Shown here: piece by piece, positions 57,474 to 64,000 of the stretch | Position numbering within the stretch: the first letter of the stretch is position 1 | Layout: each line of letters begins with the position of its first letter | Origin: Flavobacterium sp. | GTDB lineage: Bacteria > Bacteroidota > Bacteroidia > Flavobacteriales > Flavobacteriaceae | Assembly (NCBI GenBank): GCA_036386895.1 | Contig: DASVUR010000002.1 | Location: forward strand, 243 to 64,242 | DNA: 64,000 nucleotides | Reading direction: 5' to 3' | The notes under the pieces: model-generated | What the model saw: only the letters and a program-made list of their open reading frames with translations | The model's database searches: none | What the model was told of the DNA's origin: nothing | Program-made: the position numbers and the translations under genes

Positions 57474-58551
57474 AATATTGATGACTGCCGATACCGTTGG
57501 TGGTGTCTGGACATATGCCGTTGATTTGTGCCGTGCGTTGCAGTCGCATCAGGTTCACGTCCACTTGGCCACAATGGGCGCTCCGCTGTCGGATGATCAA
57601 AAGCAGCAAGTTCAGCAGTTGCCGAATGTCTTTGTTTACGAAAGCCGCTACAAACTTGAATGGATGCAGGATCCGTGGGAAGATATAGCAGCAGCAAAAG
57701 AATGGCTGAAGCAAATTTTTATGAAGGTGAACCCAGATCTTGTTCACTTCAACAACTTCGGGCAATGTGATGCAGATTGGAAGTGTCCTGTTGTGACGGT
57801 TTTCCACTCTTGCGTGCAAACGTGGTTCCGGGCAGTGAAGAAGTCGGACGCGCCTTCTGAATGGAACGGGTATACAAGTATTGTGAAGAACGCATTGAAC
57901 AGTTCTGACATCATAATTGCTCCGTCGAAATCAATAGCAATTGAAGCAGCCGAAATATACCAATGCGGTAATTTTCAAGTGATTTACAACGGAAGCGACA
58001 AGGTCTCGAATGCTCCTCATAAGCAGCCGTATATACTGGCCGCCGGAAGAATTTGGGATGAGGCGAAGAACATCGCACTTCTGACGAAAATTGCGGACAA
58101 GTTATCCTGGCCGGTGTACGTTGCCGGTGATAACGTTGCACCGCATACACCGGATGCCGCGGATATGGCTAAGGTTTATTTTCTCGGAAAGCTTCCCGCT
58201 GATGAACTTCAGCACTATATGTCGGATGCCGCAATATTTGTGTCGCCTACAAAGTACGAGCCATTCGGACTCGCTATCCTTGAAGCCGCAAATGCAGGAT
58301 GTGCCTTAGCGTTGGCAGATATTCCCACGCTGCGGGAAATCTGGGGCGATTCTGCTGTCTATTTTAGTCCGGAGGACGAAGCTGAGGCTTTGTTGACACT
58401 TCAATATCTGATCGATAATCCTGAATCACGTACCGAACTTGCACACCGGTCTTCGGCACGTGCAAAAACATACAACACGAGCGAAATGGCGAACGCTTAC
58501 AAAGAACTATATACTAAAATAGTCGCTCAAAAATTAAAACCAACCATATGA
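57457..58551 (+). CDS. GT4-family glycosyltransferase
   Basis: TADTVGGVWTY, AGRIWDEAKN, YEPFGLAILEAANAG. Confidence 0.88.
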   Translation: MEGGFKILMTADTVGGVWTYAVDLCRALQSHQVHVHLATMGAPLSDDQKQQVQQLPNVFVYESRYKLEWMQDPWEDIAAAKEWLKQIFMKVNPDLVHFNNFGQCDADWKCPVVTVFHSCVQTWFRAVKKSDAPSEWNGYTSIVKNALNSSDIIIAPSKSIAIEAAEIYQCGNFQVIYNGSDKVSNAPHKQPYILAAGRIWDEAKNIALLTKIADKLSWPVYVAGDNVAPHTPDAADMAKVYFLGKLPADELQHYMSDAAIFVSPTKYEPFGLAILEAANAGCALALADIPTLREIWGDSAVYFSPEDEAEALLTLQYLIDNPESRTELAHRSSARAKTYNTSEMANAYKELYTKIVAQKLKPTI

Positions 58552-59681
58552 AAATTGCTCTTTTTTATCACTCGTTATACTCCGACTGGAATCACGGGAA
58601 CGCCCATTTTTTAAGAGGAACCGTAAAGGAACTTCTAAAGCGTGGCCACGATGTATCGGTTTACGAGCCTGAAGGCGGATGGAGCTTGACCAACCTTGTG
58701 AACGATCACGGACGCGAAAGGCTTGACGAATTCAAAACATATTATCCGGAATTATCAGCGTCATTTTATAATCCGACAAAGCCTCCTTACGAACAAATGC
58801 TTAAAGACGCCGACCTTGTACTCGTACACGAGTGGAATGAGCCGGAGCTTGTTGCAGAAATTGGTCGCCTTAAAGAAACTTTCGGCTATAAACTGCTGTT
58901 TCACGACACGCATCACCGAGCGGTTTCAGAAGTTGAAAGCATGTCTAAGTATGACTTTTCCAATTACGACGGCGCGCTTGTTTTTGGCGACGTCATCAAA
59001 AAAATATATCAGCAGGAAAACTGGATCCAAAATGTATGGACCTGGCATGAAGCTGCTGACCCCGACCTGTTTGCGCCTCAGAAAGACGCCGACAAAATTG
59101 GCGATCTCGTATGGATCGGGAATTGGGGCGATAATGAGCGTACCGAAGAATTGATGGAATTCCTTGTCAAACCCGTAAAAGAGCTCGGGTTAAAAGCGAA
59201 AGTGTACGGAGTTCGTTACCCTGAAGAAGCATTGGCAGCCTTGAAAGATGCCGGAATAGAATACGGCGGCTGGCTCCCGAACTATAAAGCGCCTGAAGTT
59301 TTCGCACAATATAAGGTAACGGTTCATGTTCCGCGCGGACCATATGTAAAATGGCTACCCGGAATTCCGACAATACGCCCCTTTGAAGCATTGTCATGCG
59401 GAATTCCGCTGATCTGCTCGCCGTGGAACGATGCTGAACATTTATTTTCTCCAGGTGAAGATTACCTGACGGCGTCAAACGGTGAAGAAATGAAATCCCA
59501 ATTACAAAAAATCCTTAGCGAGGAAACCTTTGCAAAGGAAATTTCCAAGCGCGGACGACAAACGATATTATGCCGACATACATGTGCGCACCGCGTCGAC
59601 GAACTGGAGGATATCTGTCGGGAACTGGGTTTTTTGGAATCAAAAATAAACGTACTACAGAAAAATATTCTTGAAGCATGA
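58548..59681 (+). CDS. CgeB-like (DUF3880 / Glyco_trans_1_2) glycosyltransferase 1
   Basis: SLYSDWNHGNAHFLRG, HDTHHRA, IPTIRPFEALSCG. Confidence 0.8.
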   Translation: MKIALFYHSLYSDWNHGNAHFLRGTVKELLKRGHDVSVYEPEGGWSLTNLVNDHGRERLDEFKTYYPELSASFYNPTKPPYEQMLKDADLVLVHEWNEPELVAEIGRLKETFGYKLLFHDTHHRAVSEVESMSKYDFSNYDGALVFGDVIKKIYQQENWIQNVWTWHEAADPDLFAPQKDADKIGDLVWIGNWGDNERTEELMEFLVKPVKELGLKAKVYGVRYPEEALAALKDAGIEYGGWLPNYKAPEVFAQYKVTVHVPRGPYVKWLPGIPTIRPFEALSCGIPLICSPWNDAEHLFSPGEDYLTASNGEEMKSQLQKILSEETFAKEISKRGRQTILCRHTCAHRVDELEDICRELGFLESKINVLQKNILEA

Positions 59682-60793
59682 ACAACACCAATTTAAAAAT
59701 AGCATTTTTCGGTTCCAGCATCGTTTCGGCATATTGGAACGGCGCTGCAACCTATTACCGTGGGATCGTGAAAGCGTTGCACGCGATGGGGCATGATGTA
59801 ACCTTTTACGAACCAGACATCTACGAACGGCAGAAACATCGGGACATTGAAGATCCGGCTTATTGCCGTGTTGTTGTATATCAAAGTTCGGAAGAAGAAT
59901 TACGACAGCACCTTGAACAAGCTGCGTTGGCCGACGTTATCATAAAGGCGAGCGGCGTGGGTGCACTGGATGATTTCCTTGAGCAAGAGATCGCCGTTAT
60001 GAAATCGGATGCTAACCTTGTTATCTTCTGGGATGTTGATGCACCGGCAACACTCGACAGGATTGAGAGCGACGCCTTCGATCCATTCAATGCTTTGATT
60101 CCGAAATATGATTACATTCTGACATACGGTGGCGGACAACCTGTGATCGAAGCATATAAGCGAAACGGCGCCCAACAATGTATACCGATTTACAATGCAC
60201 TCGATACCGATACGCACTTTCCGGTGGCACCCGAACCGCGTTTCGAAGGAACCCTTGCCTTTCTTGGAAATCGTTTGCCCGATCGTGAGGCACGTGTTGA
60301 GGAATTTTTTCTGAAACCTGCTGCAAACCTTCCGAATTTCAAGTTTTTACTTGGCGGAAGCGGTTGGGGCGACAAGCACATGCCGTTTAATGTTGATTAC
60401 ATTGGACACGTTTACACAAAAGACCATAACGCGCTGAATTGTACTCCCACGGCAGTCTTGAACATCAGCCGCGACAGCATGGCAAAATATGGTTTTTCGC
60501 CTGCGACAAGGGTATTTGAAGCAGCCGGCGCCGGAGCATGCATTATAACCGATTATTGGGAAGGCATCGAGTTCTTTTTTGAACCCGGAAAAGAAATACT
60601 TGTTGCAAAAGATGGCGACGAAGTAGCTTCGATCATTCGCGACCTAACGCCGGAACAGGCACGCAATATTGGTGATGCTGCTTACAAGAAAGTGCTGGAA
60701 ACGCATACTTACGGTCATCGTGCACAATTGCTTCAATCAATATTTAACAAATCATTATCTGCCTCGCAGGTAGATATAATTGAAAACATATGA
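59678..60793 (+). CDS. CgeB-like glycosyltransferase 2
   Basis: SIVSAYWNGAATYYRG, WDVDAPATL, GNRLPDRE, SPATRVFEAAGAG. Confidence 0.82.
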   Translation: MNNTNLKIAFFGSSIVSAYWNGAATYYRGIVKALHAMGHDVTFYEPDIYERQKHRDIEDPAYCRVVVYQSSEEELRQHLEQAALADVIIKASGVGALDDFLEQEIAVMKSDANLVIFWDVDAPATLDRIESDAFDPFNALIPKYDYILTYGGGQPVIEAYKRNGAQQCIPIYNALDTDTHFPVAPEPRFEGTLAFLGNRLPDREARVEEFFLKPAANLPNFKFLLGGSGWGDKHMPFNVDYIGHVYTKDHNALNCTPTAVLNISRDSMAKYGFSPATRVFEAAGAGACIITDYWEGIEFFFEPGKEILVAKDGDEVASIIRDLTPEQARNIGDAAYKKVLETHTYGHRAQLLQSIFNKSLSASQVDIIENI

Positions 60794-61896
60794 AATTCGT
60801 AGTTATAGGCTTATCGGTCACATCTTCTTGGGGGAATGGCCATGCCACAACGTATCGCGCACTGCTGAAAGAACTGTCGAAGCTGGGGCATGATATTCTT
60901 TTTTTGGAGAAGGATGTTCCCTATTATGCTTCAAACCGCGACCTGCCAAATCCCGACTTTTGTCGGCTGGCGTTGTATCAGTCGAACGACGAGCTAATGC
61001 AGGAATATCGCGATGAAGTCGCAAACGCCGATGTTGTAATTGTGGGCTCGTATGTGCAGCAAGGCGTGGAAGTTGGCAAATGGGTAATAAATACAGCCGG
61101 CGGAATCAAAGCATTTTACGATATCGATACGCCTGTTACACTTGCAAAACTTGAACGTGAGGATTTTGAATATATTACTCCGTCGCTGATTGCGAAATAT
61201 GATCTTTACCTATCCTTCTCAGGTGGGCCTATACTAGACCATATCGAGCGTTACTACGGATCGCCGGCTGCAAGGGCATTGTACTGTTCGGTTGACCCGG
61301 AACATTATTTTCCTGAAGAAGAACTGAAGAAATGGGAGATGGGTTACCTCGGAACGTATAGCGTAGATCGTCAGCCAACGGTTGATTTACTGCTGAACAA
61401 AACGGCCACTTTATATCCTGAGGGAAAGTTTGTTGTTGCCGGACCGCAATATCCATCGCAGATAGAATGGCCGCAAAATGTGGAACGCATCGAACATTTG
61501 CCGCCTGCCGAGCATCGGAAATTTTACAATTCGCAGAAGTATACGTTGAACGTGACGCGCGAGGATATGATTCGCGCGGGCTATTCCCCGAGTGTGCGGC
61601 TGTTTGAAGCGGCAGCGTGCGGCGTTCCCATTATTTCTGATTATTGGGACGGGCTCACATCTTTGTTTGAAGAAGGAACTGAAATACTGATTGCACGTAC
61701 GGCTGAGGATGTTCTAAAATATTTAAATGAAATTGATGATGTTGAACGGAAGCAAATAGGCGAGAAGGCGCGGCAGAAAGTCCTCAAAATCCATACGGCA
61801 GCAGCACGCGCGGCGGAGCTGGTTGGGTATGTGGAAGATATCAAGCAGCTTTCGGAAACGACGGTTGAAGATACAACATCAAAAGCATCTTTATGA
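60790..61896 (+). CDS. CgeB-like glycosyltransferase 3
   Basis: SVTSSWGNGHATTYRA, YDIDTPVTL, SPSVRLFEAAACG. Confidence 0.82.
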   Translation: MKFVVIGLSVTSSWGNGHATTYRALLKELSKLGHDILFLEKDVPYYASNRDLPNPDFCRLALYQSNDELMQEYRDEVANADVVIVGSYVQQGVEVGKWVINTAGGIKAFYDIDTPVTLAKLEREDFEYITPSLIAKYDLYLSFSGGPILDHIERYYGSPAARALYCSVDPEHYFPEEELKKWEMGYLGTYSVDRQPTVDLLLNKTATLYPEGKFVVAGPQYPSQIEWPQNVERIEHLPPAEHRKFYNSQKYTLNVTREDMIRAGYSPSVRLFEAAACGVPIISDYWDGLTSLFEEGTEILIARTAEDVLKYLNEIDDVERKQIGEKARQKVLKIHTAAARAAELVGYVEDIKQLSETTVEDTTSKASL

Positions 61897-62699
61897 ATTT
61901 GAACGAGGAGATAAAAAATCTGGAACCATGGTTTCACAATATCCACCTGCCCGACGGAACGCAAACCTCGCCGCGGCATTTTCTTGGGGATTTCCCAGCT
62001 TTCAAATGGAAAAAAATAAAAGATTCGATTCCGGAAGATCTATCAGGTTGGAAGGTGCTCGACATTGGCTGCAACGCCGGCTTTTACTCGATTGAACTTG
62101 CTAAACGCGGCGCAACCGTGGTCGGAATAGATCTCGACGATCATTATTTGAAACAGGCGAAATGGACGGCAAATCAATTTGGTTTCCAGGACAGAATCAC
62201 ATTTAAAAAGATGCAGGTTTATGATCTGGCGCATATTGATGAGGAGTTTGACCTGGTCTGGTTTATGGGTGTTTTCTACCATTTGCGCTATCCGATGCTC
62301 GCAATGGACATTATCGCGCAGAAAGTAAAGAAGTTGCTGGTTTTTCAGACACTTTCAATACCCGGAACCGAGGAGATGGAAATTCCCAGTGATATCACCT
62401 TTCACGGTCGCGATGTTTTAAAAGAAATCGCATTCCCAAAGATGGCCTTTATTGAAAACAGCCTTGCCGGTGACCATACGAATTGGTGGGTTCCGAACCA
62501 TCAGGGAATTTTATCGATGCTAAGCAGTTGCGGGTTCAAGGTAGAAGCAATGCCGGAAGATGAAACGTACGTGGCGGTTAAGGATCCAAATATTAATACA
62601 GATTTTAATACGTGGAATTATTCCGAATATCTGTCGGCGACAGGTAGTGATTGGCAAAATGAAATCGAGAAGAAGACAAAAAATAAGTACAAAATTTAA
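61893..62699 (+). CDS. CmoB/DUF1698-like class I SAM-dependent methyltransferase (resembles TIGR04290 family)
   Basis: PWFHNIHLPDG, FKW, VLDIGCNAGFY, MGVFYHLRYP, NWWVPN. Confidence 0.82.
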   Translation: MNLNEEIKNLEPWFHNIHLPDGTQTSPRHFLGDFPAFKWKKIKDSIPEDLSGWKVLDIGCNAGFYSIELAKRGATVVGIDLDDHYLKQAKWTANQFGFQDRITFKKMQVYDLAHIDEEFDLVWFMGVFYHLRYPMLAMDIIAQKVKKLLVFQTLSIPGTEEMEIPSDITFHGRDVLKEIAFPKMAFIENSLAGDHTNWWVPNHQGILSMLSSCGFKVEAMPEDETYVAVKDPNINTDFNTWNYSEYLSATGSDWQNEIEKKTKNKYKI

Positions 62700-62708
62700 A
62701 AAAAGATA

Positions 62709-62743
62709 GTAAGAGGGACAAATTTTACTTGTCCCTCCTTTAC
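62709..62743. terminator. Hairpin/terminator between convergent units
   Basis: GAGGGACAA-attttac-TTGTCCCTC. Confidence 0.65.
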
Positions 62744-62752
62744 ATAATTCTA

Positions 62753-62953
62753 TTATAGCGGCCATTCATCGCCGAAACAAATGCACGACTCGCAGTTTTG
62801 GTTATTGGGAATTAGCCCCGCTTTAACCCTGCTTTGGTAGATGAGGTGCATCAGCGAGTCGTTTTGCATGGTGTTATCCGTAGCAGAATTGTCTTTATCT
62901 ACCTGGTTTTCCTGTTTTTCGTGGCGTGGTAATTTGTTGATGAACTTGAACAT
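62753..62953 (-). CDS. 66-aa hypothetical peptide with C-terminal CxxCxC
   Basis: ATG at 62953 in AT-rich context; ends NNQNCESCICFGDEWPL; lies downstream of the ArsR gene. Confidence 0.5.
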   Translation of the reverse strand: MFKFINKLPRHEKQENQVDKDNSATDNTMQNDSLMHLIYQSRVKAGLIPNNQNCESCICFGDEWPL

Positions 62954-63031
62954 AATAGATAGATTTTGATTAAACAATATTTTTACGATATTAATACATT
63001 TAAATATTTCGATGTTTTGTGGTAAATTTTT

Positions 63032-63304
63032 TTACTTCAGCAGTGTCAAATAGGCAATGTACTCATCAAAAACGGGCTTGTTGATCATATAACTCGTGGC
63101 ACGGCCTTCCTTTTCCACTAACACAAGATCGGCGTCGGCAAGCTGTTTCAAATGATGCGATATCGTTGACTGCGACAGATTGCACATCCCCAGTATAGAA
63201 CTGCATGGAAGCCAGGTTTTCTCAACTTTAATAGCCTCAAGGATCTTCAGCCGATATGGATCGCCGAGCGCTTTTGAAATTCTCTCAATTCGTTTTGTTT
63301 CCAT
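63032..63304 (-). CDS. ArsR/SmtB-family regulator
   Basis: KALGDPYRLKIL, SQSTISHHLKQL, LVLVEKEG. Confidence 0.92.
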   Translation of the reverse strand: METKRIERISKALGDPYRLKILEAIKVEKTWLPCSSILGMCNLSQSTISHHLKQLADADLVLVEKEGRATSYMINKPVFDEYIAYLTLLK

Positions 63305-63322
63305 ATTGCTTTGCTAAACTCA

Positions 63323-63354
63323 ACCTTTGAGGTTTAAGACCTTTGAGGTTTAAG
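63323..63354. repeat. Perfect 16-bp tandem duplication in the ArsR 5' leader
   Basis: ACCTTTGAGGTTTAAG x2. Confidence 0.85.
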
Positions 63355-63369
63355 ATACTTTATCTGCTG

Positions 63370-63417
63370 CAAATATACAACATAGATTTAAATATTCAAA
63401 CATTTCGATATTTAAAT
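63370..63417 (-). promoter_or_regulatory. ArsR promoter with overlapping 10-12-10 inverted repeat
   Basis: Minus strand TTG-N19-TATATTTG; ATTTAAATAT (63386-95) / ATATTTAAAT (63408-17) flank the -33 element. Confidence 0.7.
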
Positions 63418-63494
63418 TTGTTTTCTTATTGATAAAGTGAATCAGGACAATAATCGGGGAGCGGAAACTTAGAAAACTAGGTTTATGAGCAAAT

Positions 63495-64000
63495 TTATTT
63501 TCCCATCTCTTCGTCAAACGCACTGAAAGCAGACAAACCACTGAAATCGTCAATGTTCCAGAATTCGTTTTCGAACACTCCGATTACGGCAATGTAGTCG
63601 AGTATTTTCGATTTGAAAGCTTCTTTCATTGATTCGTCAAATGAAATTGCCATGTATCTTGATTGTCGTTTTTCTTTACTGAAGTCGTAGTCCCTGTTTT
63701 CAAATTGCTGTACATAAAACAATACTTCAAAATTCCCCGGTTGTGCCTGTTTTTTAAGTTGTTCTAGCAACGCTCTGTCTTTAGAAATGTAGACTTTATA
63801 GGCTATTTTACTGATCACCTTCGAGCAGACACTTACGTTTTCGTACCGTTCGTGGGAAGTACAGCTATTCTTCACCTTGAAGGCCTCGGTACTTGAAGGA
63901 TCAATATAACTCTGGAACTGCTTTGAACCCGCCTTTTTTATATTATCTGCCGGTTTAATATCCGGCTCATAATAATATAACGGATGTTCGTCTATGCTAA
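63495..64000 (-). CDS. 3' part of a hypothetical protein truncated by the window edge
   Basis: The frame stays open upstream of the GTG at 63875 to the window end (SIDEHPLYYYEPDIKP...). Confidence 0.65.
   Translation of the reverse strand, partial: SIDEHPLYYYEPDIKPADNIKKAGSKQFQSYIDPSSTEAFKVKNSCTSHERYENVSVCSKVISKIAYKVYISKDRALLEQLKKQAQPGNFEVLFYVQQFENRDYDFSKEKRQSRYMAISFDESMKEAFKSKILDYIAVIGVFENEFWNIDDFSGLSAFSAFDEEMGK

Noticed and set aside
62740-62749. Perfect copy of the regulon 10-mer (TTACATAATT)
   Set aside because: No partner site at 21 bp and no -7 box at 21-22 bp; likely chance in AT-rich DNA.
186-63553. Many short ORFs antisense to or frame-shifted within recognised genes (e.g. 9749-10492, 1549-2076, 12384-12893, 46306-46638)
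   Set aside because: Shadow ORFs of long conserved genes or of repeats; no motifs and no plausible initiation context.

Overview
Flavobacterium-like (Bacteroidota) chromosome. Evidence for this: TAnnTTTG -7 promoter boxes, AT-rich SD-less start regions and typical gene order. The first ~35 kb is mostly core genes (valS, sod, ACBP-psd-cdsA, ftsH, rsfS, birA, pyrE, coaD, ddl, rluD, yaaA, a TetR-TolC-HlyD-DHA2 efflux operon, MarR-nitroreductase-YceI, gapN, trxA), with a heme oxygenase-bacteriophytochrome pair (bphO-bphP) between birA and an SRPBCC gene. From ~35.7 to 62.7 kb is an accessory stress/glycan island. It holds an AraC regulator, a single-domain receiver, a CheB-CheR-PAS-histidine kinase, a DUF892 ferritin-like protein with a Lys/Ser/Ala tail, several disordered small proteins, MgtC, glf-GT, a cytidylyltransferase behind a terminator-containing leader, and an 11-gene oxidoreductase/glycosyltransferase/methyltransferase operon with no export genes. 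The main new observation is a shared promoter architecture read by eye at about 8-9 sites in the island: two direct-repeat 10-mers (AATWRTRYAA-like) at a 21-bp period, 21-22 bp upstream of the -7 box. This suggests one undescribed, probably AraC-activated, general-stress-type regulon. No tRNA, rRNA, CRISPR array, IS element or integrase was seen. Family names come from motif recognition and memory, not database searches; start codons were corrected where the ORF track overextends.
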